From a virus, in IMG/VR virus record IMGVR_UViG_3300032240_001991, positions 33,128 through 97,127 of that record: a DNA stretch of 64,000 nt; one strand, given 5' to 3'. Under the pieces are notes generated by a model. That model searched no databases. It worked only from the letters and a program-made list of their open reading frames with translations, and was not told the DNA's origin. Shown here piece by piece: positions 36,552-44,770 of this stretch (positions are counted from its first letter, which is position 1; each line of letters opens with the position of its first letter). The position numbers were made by a program, and so were the translations under genes.

Positions 36552-36755
36552 TTAGCCCACCAGCGCGTTGTTACGCACGGTGTTGCTAACGCGGCCGTAC
36601 AGCCCATCGGCCGCCTTCTCCGAGATCTCCTTGCGGAGACCGCCCGACGCCGTTCCGTTGCCGCTCAACATACGCGCCACAGCACGGATGCTGCGGAACT
36701 TGTAGGTCAGGCCCGAGTTCGGAAAGGTCACATCGATCGTTACATTGCGCTTCAT
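36552..36755 (-). CDS. hypothetical small protein (67 aa)
   Basis: AAGGAG leader; the plus-strand ORF 36525..36770 is its antisense artefact. Confidence 0.45.
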   Translation of the reverse strand: MKRNVTIDVTFPNSGLTYKFRSIRAVARMLSGNGTASGGLRKEISEKAADGLYGRVSNTVRNNALVG

Positions 36756-36797
36756 TTCAACTCTCCTTAAGTTACTAGCACCTTGCTAGTATGTCGT

Positions 36798-36827
36798 TAC
36801 TATAACACCGTCTAATGACTGTGTCAA
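36798..36827 (-). promoter_or_regulatory. promoter family member (TTGACA-N17-TATAGTA)
   Basis: TTGACAcagtcattagacggtgtTATAGTA. Confidence 0.45.
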
Positions 36828-36842
36828 CCTTTTTTTACCAAA

Positions 36843-37487
36843 TCAGTGAGCGTAGTAGCCCACGTTCTCAACACTCTCATCCCAACAGGCACGGCACGAG
36901 CCGCACTCATTGTCCTGGAAACGGCTTGGGCAATCATACCCATGCGCTTCGCTGTTCTTGTGCACGGTGCTGGTGTGCGTCCACCCCTTGGGCGGCTCAG
37001 CATCAATCATCTGTGCACTCATACGAATTACAAGGTTCTTAGGCCGAGTATACTGCCTTAGGAACTCTCGCACAATACCAAACTCACGGGTAGGCAACCA
37101 ATGGTCGATCCAGGGCGTCAATTCAGCCACGCGAGCAATCATCATAAGATGCTTCACGCTCTGCAGGTCCCCACTGTCGTGCCAGCGAAAGTATTCTTCA
37201 TTCTGCATCAATTTGACCATTGCACTGACCCACGAGTCCTCTGTAAGAGTGTCGTGTAGGGCTTCTACGAGCGTCGTGTAGCGGCGATCGTGAGCGGCCA
37301 CTGTGCTCTTCCAAGTGTAAGCACCTTTGAGTGCGTAGCACTTAAAGCAGACGCTGCCCTCAACCAATCGTAGTTTGCTGCCAGTATGACATTTCTTAGC
37401 ACTGAAGCCAAAACTCTTGCCTGGCATCTTAGAAGGCTCACTCAATCCTCCTACGAACTCTCCTGCTGCTGCCTTGGTCTTGAACAT
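36843..37487 (-). CDS. Cys/His-rich protein (214 aa)
   Basis: Intact ORF with many Cys/His (CHTGSKLRL..CFKCY...CGSCRAC). Confidence 0.45.
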   Translation of the reverse strand: MFKTKAAAGEFVGGLSEPSKMPGKSFGFSAKKCHTGSKLRLVEGSVCFKCYALKGAYTWKSTVAAHDRRYTTLVEALHDTLTEDSWVSAMVKLMQNEEYFRWHDSGDLQSVKHLMMIARVAELTPWIDHWLPTREFGIVREFLRQYTRPKNLVIRMSAQMIDAEPPKGWTHTSTVHKNSEAHGYDCPSRFQDNECGSCRACWDESVENVGYYAH

Positions 37488-37511
37488 TTCTGCTCCTTGC
37501 TAGTGTTCGTG

Positions 37512-37541
37512 TACTATAACACAGGTTTTACCAAAGGTCAA
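37512..37541 (-). promoter_or_regulatory. promoter family member (TTGACC-N17-TATAGTA)
   Basis: TTGACCtttggtaaaacctgtgtTATAGTA. Confidence 0.5.
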
Positions 37542-37544
37542 CCA

Positions 37545-37730
37545 CTAACTATTCCAAGGAACGGTTCTCACGGTAACGCCGTCCCTGTCTGTTTCATAGA
37601 GGCCGGCTTCGTGTATGATGTATTGATCTTGAAAATGATCAAACTCTAGATCTGCACGATCCTTGGCCTCCTCTTCGGTACAGTCCGGAAGATCTACTTC
37701 TACTTGGATACGCATCATGTACTTAGGCAT
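37545..37730 (-). CDS. small acidic protein (61 aa)
   Basis: Intact ORF. Confidence 0.4.
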   Translation of the reverse strand: MPKYMMRIQVEVDLPDCTEEEAKDRADLEFDHFQDQYIIHEAGLYETDRDGVTVRTVPWNS

Positions 37731-37814
37731 TAGAACCCCTCAGGAAGATAGCCCGTAAGCCGCTCTATCGCTTCAACTAACGAAAACCCCATCTCTTTAC
37801 GCATATTATTCTCC

Positions 37815-38168
37815 TTAATCAGAACTGTCAACATCGTTGATCTGACCGCAATGAACACACTCATAGCGATTGTAGCAACGTCCAAGATTCATCGTCCGCA
37901 CCCACTCATGCCCAGAGCACTTCGCAGCAATGGCCTCAGTCACATAGCCATGTCCGTAGCAGTGACTACACGCACAGGTGAAGTGTCTGTAGCGATGCCG
38001 ATTCTCTGGAGTGTCAGGTCTACCGTGTAGACTGTAGGAGTTGAGACTGAGATTCCAACCACCATACCCACGACACTTTGGGCACTCTACGATGTAATCA
38101 TACAGAGGTTCCTTGCGCGAGAAGTCCACGAAGGCATCTGGATGATCTGGCGTAAGAAAGTCTGACAT
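37815..38168 (-). CDS. zinc-binding protein (117 aa)
   Basis: CPKCRGYGGW ... HFTCACSHCYGHG ... CVHCGQ Cys/His clusters. Confidence 0.45.
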   Translation of the reverse strand: MSDFLTPDHPDAFVDFSRKEPLYDYIVECPKCRGYGGWNLSLNSYSLHGRPDTPENRHRYRHFTCACSHCYGHGYVTEAIAAKCSGHEWVRTMNLGRCYNRYECVHCGQINDVDSSD

Positions 38169-38195
38169 ATGTTACTCCTTGCTCTAACTATGCGA

Positions 38196-38224
38196 CTATT
38201 ATAGCAGGTTTTACCAAAAAGTCA
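38196..38224 (-). promoter_or_regulatory. promoter family member (TTGACT-N16-TATAATA)
   Basis: TTGACTttttggtaaaacctgcTATAATA. Confidence 0.5.
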
Positions 38225-38845
38225 ACCTTCGTATTCACCTTCTGGATCAATCCCATGTTTATTGAGATCGATCTCTAAATTCTCTTCATCATCCCCGTCC
38301 TCATCTTCATACTCTGCCTGCTCGCGTTCGTACTCTTCAATCTGCTCGGAGATACAGAAACGTTCGTCCAGTTCAGTAATCTGTTCACGGACCTGGTCAG
38401 CAGTCCATCCGCTATAGTCTACGGAATTATCTCCTTCACTGTTAGTAAAGGTTCCTGCAAATTGCATACCTTGTTCATGATAGTAGGCTTCAACTTCAAA
38501 GCCCTGCTTTACCATATACTCAAAGAAAGCAATAGGTGGCCCCCATGCACTGTCAAAGAAGAGTTCGATGAGATCAACTTCTTCATTGATGATGCGGGCG
38601 TCAACATCCCACTTGATTCCCCAGTTCTTGCATTGCCAACTATACCAGTCTGGAGCACCGTACTTCTCAATGAACTCAGTGGCTCGCTGCCCTTCCCATT
38701 CGGGCGAACAATATTCATGCAACTCTGCAGGGCAAGGCAAGAACTCGTTGAATAATCGGTCGGCCTTGACGCCAGTCTTGACTCGCAAGATCATAGCCGG
38801 GTCCTTGTGGGTAAAGGTCACGTGATTCGCGCACCAATTTGGCAT
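38222..38845 (-). CDS. hypothetical protein with acidic C-terminus (207 aa)
   Basis: Intact ORF; promoter and AGAGGA leader upstream. Confidence 0.5.
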   Translation of the reverse strand: MPNWCANHVTFTHKDPAMILRVKTGVKADRLFNEFLPCPAELHEYCSPEWEGQRATEFIEKYGAPDWYSWQCKNWGIKWDVDARIINEEVDLIELFFDSAWGPPIAFFEYMVKQGFEVEAYYHEQGMQFAGTFTNSEGDNSVDYSGWTADQVREQITELDERFCISEQIEEYEREQAEYEDEDGDDEENLEIDLNKHGIDPEGEYEG

Positions 38846-38872
38846 TTAAAATTCCTCTTGTTAGTGTCTGTG

Positions 38873-38902
38873 TACTATAGCAGAGGTTTTACCAATTGTC
38901 AA
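38873..38902 (-). promoter_or_regulatory. promoter family member (TTGACA-N17-TATAGTA)
   Basis: ggTTGACAattggtaaaacctctgcTATAGTA. Confidence 0.5.
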
Positions 38903-39120
38903 CCTCTCATTAGGTCAAAGATGCTTCGTTGTAGATCTGCCAGTTCATCATGCGGAACATAAAAGTCTGTTCTAGGATCCCAGTACTCGCCCTCTTTGGG
39001 ATCATAGTACAAGACCCTGCCGTTGGGATACTGGAAGGGGCCTTCCAACCCCTTCCTGGGCCCATAGTCTTTAGAGAGGGCCATTGACGCGCCGGTCAAG
39101 TGCGGCACCCCAACCAGCAA
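38899..39120 (-). CDS. hypothetical small protein (73 aa)
   Basis: Intact ORF. Confidence 0.4.
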   Translation of the reverse strand: MLVGVPHLTGASMALSKDYGPRKGLEGPFQYPNGRVLYYDPKEGEYWDPRTDFYVPHDELADLQRSIFDLMRG

Positions 39121-39321
39121 AGGCTACCACCCATGCAATAGAAGCACTAGAGTCACCCAAATACCAGTTGATAAGAAAAAGAATCAGCGTTGATGCCACT
39201 AGGCCAAATTCAAGAAAAGTAAGATACCGTTTCATAAGAACTCCTTAAGAATGGCAGTTTTTTCTGTAGTGCTGCCAACTGCGGTCTATACTTATATAGC
39301 GCCTGTCCTCGCGCTTCCGGA

Positions 39322-39654
39322 TTAGGCTGCGTCGCGCAGGCGATAAATCACGCCCGTCGCAGTCTCCACAATGTCAACATCGCTGTTGGCAGCGTACCAG
39401 TCAAAGTTACGGACCTTGGTGCTGTCACGCTCCCAGTCGGTAGGACCTTCAACCTTGACCGCAAGCCACTTCTTGCGGATGTTGAAGAACACGCGACGTC
39501 CTGGGTAGACTTCGCGAACACGTTCAGCAAAGTGTTCACCGCCCTTGATGTAAGAGTCGGGCCAAAGCCGGCGGTTCTCGCGGCTCTTGTTGACGGCGTC
39601 CACGTAGGCGCCCACGCGATCAGATGCAAACCAGTTTTCAGTACGCTTGAACAT
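39322..39654 (-). CDS. hypothetical protein (110 aa)
   Basis: Promoter and AAAGGAG leader upstream. Confidence 0.45.
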   Translation of the reverse strand: MFKRTENWFASDRVGAYVDAVNKSRENRRLWPDSYIKGGEHFAERVREVYPGRRVFFNIRKKWLAVKVEGPTDWERDSTKVRNFDWYAANSDVDIVETATGVIYRLRDAA

Positions 39655-39692
39655 TTTTCGCTCCTTTTGCTAGCACCTTGCTAGCGTGCCAA

Positions 39693-39722
39693 TACTATAA
39701 CAAAGGTTTTACCAACTGTCAA
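39693..39722 (-). promoter_or_regulatory. promoter family member (TTGACA-N17-TATAGTA)
   Basis: TTGACAgttggtaaaacctttgtTATAGTA. Confidence 0.5.
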
Positions 39723-40069
39723 CCATTAAAAAAATGCATTCTCCCTGCTGGCGGTATTTTCCATTCACCACAAACAATTATGTGGTATCCGCTGCCCAAC
39801 ACAGGGAGACTGTCGTGCTGCTAACGCCCGTTTGGTTTGACGGCAGTATTGCTACTGGAGACCATTGACCACTCACCTTGCGGTGGATAGGCTGTTCTCA
39901 AACCACCCGTAGATGTCACTCTACTTCTATCGTGCGGGTCACACTAGCCGCTAACTAGGCGGCGTGTTCAGTAAAGATTGGTTGGAAAGATTCGTCAAAA
40001 TCTATCTTCGCCAGTTGACGCTGACCGCCCAAACCTGGGCGCCAATCTTAAATCGTTTAACTTGGGTCT

Positions 40070-40098
40070 AGCATAACAATTTTACCAAACCCTGTCAA
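40070..40098 (-). promoter_or_regulatory. promoter family member (TTGACA-N17-TATGCT) with no ORF downstream
   Basis: TTGACAgggtttggtaaaattgtTATGCT; the 345 nt downstream (39723..40068) contain no ORF of 60 aa or more. Confidence 0.4.
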
Positions 40099-40107
40099 CC
40101 AAATTGT

Positions 40108-40353
40108 TTACTCTTCTACCGCAATGACAGAATCCTTGCGGAAACTGCGCCATCCGGCCTTTTCCACATCCCAAACGCTGACCACATCGGGATTAGGAAC
40201 TCGAGCCTGCCCCGTGCCAGTGCTGGGCGGCAAACGGCTTTCCTGCAGAGTGCAACGAAGATTCCGTACTGTGCCATCGCTCTTAGTAAAGCGAACAGTA
40301 CGCTCACCCAAACGTAGGTCATTCAGCAACTGATCAAAATTGATCTTAGTCAT
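40108..40353 (-). CDS. hypothetical small protein (81 aa)
   Basis: Promoter and AAGGAG leader upstream. Confidence 0.45.
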   Translation of the reverse strand: MTKINFDQLLNDLRLGERTVRFTKSDGTVRNLRCTLQESRLPPSTGTGQARVPNPDVVSVWDVEKAGWRSFRKDSVIAVEE

Positions 40354-40377
40354 ATAGATACTCCTTATTGAGCCGCC

Positions 40378-40406
40378 ACTATAGCATCAAGAGGGCCTGC
40401 TGTCAA
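40378..40406 (-). promoter_or_regulatory. sigma70-like promoter (TTGACA-N17-TATAGT)
   Basis: TTGACAgcaggccctcttgatgcTATAGT. Confidence 0.45.
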
Positions 40407-40765
40407 TTTCTTCTTAATTGGGAGTGGGGGTGGACCCCATGTGGTTCCTGAGCAGGTGTCTGTTGACGCGCCCAGACAAGATTCTGCTCATATATAAGAG
40501 TGTGGAGCCGCTGGCTATGGGTGTACCGCGGCTCCCTCCACGACTTTCTGGGATCGAAATCCGCCCTAGACCTCTGATGTGGGTAGTCGTCTCAGCATTA
40601 TCGCACCCGGTACACAAGATCTTCCTAATCTTCCGCCGGACTGTTATCCAGCCCGCAACTATGTTGACCAGTTAGGTCCGGACCTACCCTAGCGATTATC
40701 AGCATCCTAGGTCAGCTTTGGACTTCACTTTCTGCTTGGAGTTTTAACAAAAGTATTTAACCAGT

Positions 40766-40849
40766 TGGTGCGAGTGGAGGGATTCGAACCCTCAAGCCGT
40801 TGGGCGGCAGATTTTAAGTCTGCTGTGTATACCGTTCCACCACACTCGC
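40766..40849 (-). tRNA. tRNA-Leu (anticodon TAA)
   Basis: Acceptor GCGAGTG/CACTCGC + ACCA; anticodon loop CTTAAAA; long variable arm; T-loop GGGTTCGAATCCC. Confidence 0.8.
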
Positions 40850-40885
40850 ATATCATACAGTAATTATATATTCTAAATCTAAATA

Positions 40886-41015
40886 GTCCTAGCCTCGGTT
40901 TACTATTCTCTTGCTACCTGATGCAGATGCTTACAGCATCATTTACTAGTATCACAGGCTACCCGCTTCGAACAAGGTTAGGTTTGTACTCAACCCGACG
41001 AGCCGAGGCTAGGAC
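40886..41015. repeat. 13-bp perfect inverted repeat flanking about 105 nt (GTCCTAGCCTCGG ... CCGAGGCTAGGAC)
   Basis: Lies between tRNA-Leu and tRNA-Met; does not fold as a tRNA. Confidence 0.5.
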
Positions 41016-41020
41016 ATAAT

Positions 41021-41096
41021 TGGTGGGCCCTCAGGGATTCGAACCCTGAACCAAAGGATTATGAGTCCTCTGCTCTAACCGTTGAGCTAAAGGCCC
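41021..41096 (-). tRNA. tRNA-Met (anticodon CAT; elongator/initiator or lysidine-Ile not distinguishable)
   Basis: GGGCCTT acceptor, anticodon loop CTCATAA, T-loop GGGTTCGAATCCC, ACCA. Confidence 0.8.
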
Positions 41097-41125
41097 GTGT
41101 ATATTATTACAGCGGGGTATTTATA

Positions 41126-41266
41126 ATTAACACTCCGTAAGATAGTGATATTCACGCCCTGGAAATTGTGCTTCGATTAGCCTCTTAGCATCCCAATAGT
41201 CTCGAGCCTGCAGCTCATAATCAACTGATCTTCCGTCTATCATCAGTGTACAACGATACCTACGCA
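41126..41266 (-). CDS. small protein (46 aa)
   Basis: Short ORF downstream of a TTGACA-N17-TATACT promoter at about 41296..41324 (minus); below the ORF-track cutoff. Confidence 0.25.
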
Positions 41267-41358
41267 TATATGTACTCTCTATCTGTTAGTGTCTGCATAG
41301 TATAGGGTCAGATCAGTAAGTTGTCAACAGTGGCCTAAATATATACAGCGGGGTATTA

Positions 41359-42075
41359 CTAGGTACGCCCTGCCCTTACTACATCTATAAAGAAGTTACC
41401 CTGTTTAATTTTATATCCGTTAGATATGATTTGATAGGCTAGTAGTGTCTCTGAGTGCGGAGTTAGTCCTTTCGATATAAATTCGTTAAAATGATTAACA
41501 GAGTCAGTGTACAGTCGCATACCGTTTGAAGATGATACAGCAAAGGATGAGTTGATTTGATAACCGTTATGACCATGACCTATGTTGCTATCAGTAACTA
41601 TAGTGTTAGGGTCACGAGATATAACATCATTAACTTCTCTAAGATCTAAAGGTGTGCCTTTTACTCCCGCATCAGGACGAGCTCTGATCACAAGGTCGTA
41701 CTCACCGTGAGTTTTTTCATACTCTTGTCTAAGTAAATCAGATTGGTGTAGACTGGTATAATGCATCCAAAGTCTAAAGTCAGTAACAGATCGGTTATGC
41801 GGACTGATGTGAGGGAAGTTTTCCATATCATCAAGTTTGAGTACTACCAGTCTATGTCCTGCTGGTAACCCTTTTTCTATTTTGGATAAGGTACTTTGGT
41901 AGTCTAAGGTATCACTCCATTCGGGTAACATTAGAGAAGTATCACCGTCAACAATATTGTTTCTCCATAGATAAACGAACCAATCTATTTGATCAGCGCC
42001 AACGATGTTTTTACAAAAGAAATCAAACTCTCTGCAGAATCTGGGTTGACCTGCAATAATTCCTGCAACTTTCAT
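41359..42075 (-). CDS. hypothetical protein, GQPRFC family (homolog of 16170..16982)
   Basis: MKVAGIIAGQPRFC ... YDLVIRARPD shared with 16170..16982. Confidence 0.5.
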   Translation of the reverse strand: MKVAGIIAGQPRFCREFDFFCKNIVGADQIDWFVYLWRNNIVDGDTSLMLPEWSDTLDYQSTLSKIEKGLPAGHRLVVLKLDDMENFPHISPHNRSVTDFRLWMHYTSLHQSDLLRQEYEKTHGEYDLVIRARPDAGVKGTPLDLREVNDVISRDPNTIVTDSNIGHGHNGYQINSSFAVSSSNGMRLYTDSVNHFNEFISKGLTPHSETLLAYQIISNGYKIKQGNFFIDVVRAGRT

Positions 42076-42112
42076 GTCTTGTACCTTTAGTTTTATTTAA
42101 TGCTCTAATAGA

Positions 42113-42141
42113 TTGACTGCTGAAAAAACCTTTGCTATAGT
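42113..42141 (+). promoter_or_regulatory. promoter family member on the plus strand (TTGACT-N17-TATAGTA)
   Basis: TTGACTgctgaaaaaacctttgcTATAGTA; same spacer and -10 flavour as the GC-rich block promoters. Confidence 0.5.
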
Positions 42142-42172
42142 AGATAATATCTATATTATAGAGAGATTGTGT

Positions 42173-42550
42173 ATGGGTACTAATTATTACGTTGCCAAAA
42201 ACAAGTGCGAATGCTGCAAACGCTATGACGAAGAATTCCATATTGGAAAGTCTTCTAGCGGTTGGGCATTTACCTTTCAAGGCTACAAGTATGATGGTCT
42301 AGTCTCTTGGAAGTTTTACAAAGAATATCTCAAGGATAAGATTATCATGGATGAGTATGGAGAACAAATTTCCTATGATGAGTTTGTTTATATGGTAGAA
42401 ACCTACAAGTCTCCAAATTATATTAATCCACATAACGGAATCAAGAATCATCTTCATAATGATGCTGCGCGAAAGCAGGGTTATTTCAATCCTGATTATG
42501 ATTGGGATGATGAAGATGGGTATTCTTTTGGGACAAGGGAGTTTTCGTGA
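42173..42550 (+). CDS. hypothetical protein
   Basis: The ORF-track start is a TTG inside the promoter; first ATG at 42173 (MGTNYYVAKNKCECCKRYDE...). Confidence 0.45.
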   Translation: MGTNYYVAKNKCECCKRYDEEFHIGKSSSGWAFTFQGYKYDGLVSWKFYKEYLKDKIIMDEYGEQISYDEFVYMVETYKSPNYINPHNGIKNHLHNDAARKQGYFNPDYDWDDEDGYSFGTREFS

Positions 42551-42670
42551 CAAAGAATCAACATCGCCGGCGCAGTCTAAAAGACCTAGACCGTGTAATA
42601 GAAGAGAGCATTGCTCGCAATCCTATATGGTATGCAGAGATACAACAAATTATCAAAGAGAAGTTGAAGA

Positions 42671-42883
42671 ATGCGCGAAAAACTAGATAGCGACGGACGA
42701 CCTGCCTCCTTTCACAAAGGAGATAGGGTATTTGTTATTCCTGTAAAAATGGAGGCAACTGTTATTCGTCAAATTCTTCATTATGATATGTACGAATCAT
42801 TCTGGGGAAATCTAGAACTAGAGTACGACGACGGTAAGAAAGGCACTTGCAACTGCTGGCAGGTTAAGAGGGTTGAAGAATGA
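42671..42883 (+). CDS. hypothetical small protein
   Basis: Part of a micro-gene operon with ATGA overlaps. Confidence 0.4.
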   Translation: MREKLDSDGRPASFHKGDRVFVIPVKMEATVIRQILHYDMYESFWGNLELEYDDGKKGTCNCWQVKRVEE

Positions 42884-43022
42884 CCGCTGAACAAATTGAA
42901 AAGATTATGAAACTTGTAGATGAGTATGGTCGTCAACGCTCACTTGGCAATGAGTATGATAATCGAACCTTTGAGCAAGAAGCAAGAAATAAGATTGTTG
43001 AAGCACTAAAAAAGGTAAAGCA

Positions 43023-43217
43023 ATGAACGAATATCAAGACTTGATTGAGGCACTCAATCTAGCCATTCGCAATGTAAACAAATCTATTGACATCGAACAG
43101 CGTATTAGCCATGATGTTCATAAGCATCAAGGGCTTGTGCAAGTGCGAGACCAACTTGAAAAGTATCGCGAGGGTGTGGTAGCACTACGGAAGCGTATGG
43201 AGGTTGTAGGTCGATGA
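43023..43217 (+). CDS. hypothetical small protein
   Basis: Micro-gene operon. Confidence 0.4.
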   Translation: MNEYQDLIEALNLAIRNVNKSIDIEQRISHDVHKHQGLVQVRDQLEKYREGVVALRKRMEVVGR

Positions 43218-43362
43218 ACAAACAAAAACGTCGTCGCTGCTGCAATTGCAATATGTTGACTTTAAAATGGCAACGAATTAATGGAAGCCCTTGGCATTGC
43301 TATGATGGCTGCAAAAGCACTACTGGCTGGGATCATAGGTTACAACATTTTGGAGTTGAAGA

Positions 43363-43605
43363 ATGACCAAACAGATGGATCGTTGGGACAGCAGTAAACC
43401 CACAAGCGAACAAGCGTTTTTGGGCGATGTAACAATCATTGTCAAAACTGAACACGCTCGCGAACAGTTGCTGCTAGCATTAGAATATCTTCACGATGCC
43501 AGTCTTGATAAACATTCTACAATTGATACCAACTATATGGCGGTAAACTCTCTACTTCATGGGTACCAAGACTATAAAATATTGGTTAAAGGAGTTGAAC
43601 AATGA
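43363..43605 (+). CDS. hypothetical small protein
   Basis: Micro-gene operon. Confidence 0.4.
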   Translation: MTKQMDRWDSSKPTSEQAFLGDVTIIVKTEHAREQLLLALEYLHDASLDKHSTIDTNYMAVNSLLHGYQDYKILVKGVEQ

Positions 43606-43841
43606 TTTTCCTAGGTTTTATGTTGGGTTTGCTTTTTTGCGTTTTAGCAATGTCACTGTGGTATTGGTTAGACGAACGTCGAGAGAAACGCGAGATTGAA
43701 CAGTCTACACCCGAACAAATTGACGAATTAATGGTACAAGAATATCTATCACTCTTTGTGGAAAAGGATCGCAAGAATCTCTGTAGACAACGAGCACTTG
43801 AAAAGTTTAAGCAGCAATATGGACGAGATCCTCAGCTATAA
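43602..43841 (+). CDS. small membrane protein
   Basis: N-terminal transmembrane helix; 4-nt overlap with the preceding gene. Confidence 0.4.
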   Translation: MIFLGFMLGLLFCVLAMSLWYWLDERREKREIEQSTPEQIDELMVQEYLSLFVEKDRKNLCRQRALEKFKQQYGRDPQL

Positions 43842-43900
43842 ACTAATAGATAGTAATTACAGCGGGGTATTACCCGCAGGGCATACTGATAAATATCAGT

Positions 43901-44155
43901 ATGCCCACATTTAAAGAAATACTCCTACATACCTTTACTGGACGTGATAACTCCACAATAGACATCGGCCGAATAATTTGGATGTTGGGTGCTTTATCTT
44001 TTCTAGGCTGCGCATTTTACAGCATATACAAAGGGCAGACTTGGAACGCCGTAGAATTCGGCACCGGGTTCGGGGCTGTATTAGCAGCAGGCGGAGTTGC
44101 TATTAGAATAAAAGCAGATACTGAACCTGACCCTAAAGATAAATCAAATTCATAA
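43901..44155 (+). CDS. small membrane protein
   Basis: Two hydrophobic helices; ATG lies inside a 12-bp hairpin. Confidence 0.4.
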   Translation: MPTFKEILLHTFTGRDNSTIDIGRIIWMLGALSFLGCAFYSIYKGQTWNAVEFGTGFGAVLAAGGVAIRIKADTEPDPKDKSNS

Positions 44156-44189
44156 TCGCGTAAATTAAAATTACAGCGGGGTTTTACGT

Positions 44190-44756
44190 TTAGCCTATTC
44201 GAAATGTAGTCCAAGCACTGGCACCACCTATAGTGACAAAGGCAGTTCTCAAATGAGCAGTGTTAACTAACCCTGAGTTACTGCTGTAGATGGTTGCACT
44301 ACCTACAAAGTTATGAGCAGACCCTGCGGCCAATGTCACTGTTCCTGCTACCGCAGTTGACGTATTAATGATATACCAATCATATGCCAAGTTTTGAGGC
44401 GCGCTGCCACCGTATATAGCATTGAACCCGCCTGATATTATAGTATTAGTTGGAAGGGTCAATGCAATCGTAGTTCCCCCACCTCCTGACCCTACTAACA
44501 GCACTCCGGCGAATATGTTTGACGTTGTTAATGTTGTAGTTGCAGGTAGAAAAACAGGATTGGGTTGATACGTCAACTGATATCCACCGGTAAATATTAG
44601 GTTTTTTGAAGCAAGGATCGAGAGCCCGGCGTATATTCCGCCGGTTGTTTGTATACTTCCAAGGCCTTGAGTAGCTTCGATAGAACCGTTAACTATTATT
44701 TGGCTATCAACCGTTGCTGTTCCGTAGACTCTAGTTCCTGAAAGTAGTTTTGCCAT
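44190..44756 (-). CDS. Gly-rich tail-fibre-like protein
   Basis: Gly/Thr/Ser-rich beta-rich composition typical of fibre proteins. Confidence 0.45.
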   Translation of the reverse strand: MAKLLSGTRVYGTATVDSQIIVNGSIEATQGLGSIQTTGGIYAGLSILASKNLIFTGGYQLTYQPNPVFLPATTTLTTSNIFAGVLLVGSGGGGTTIALTLPTNTIISGGFNAIYGGSAPQNLAYDWYIINTSTAVAGTVTLAAGSAHNFVGSATIYSSNSGLVNTAHLRTAFVTIGGASAWTTFRIG

Positions 44757-44770
44757 ATAGGTTATTTATT

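Noticed and set aside
36525-36770. Plus-strand 81-aa ORF
   Set aside because: It is antisense to 36552..36755, which carries the conserved AAGGAG leader and family promoter.
40407-40765. RNase P RNA or group I intron
   Set aside because: The conserved GGAAAGTCCGGGCTCC and AGGGTGAAA.GGTG blocks of RNase P, and the P7 core of group I introns, are not present. It is left as an unassigned structured region.
40886-41015. tRNA with an intron, or tmRNA, between tRNA-Leu and tRNA-Met
   Set aside because: A 13-bp terminal stem is too long for an acceptor stem. There is no T-loop GTTCGAATC, no CCA context and no tag-peptide frame.
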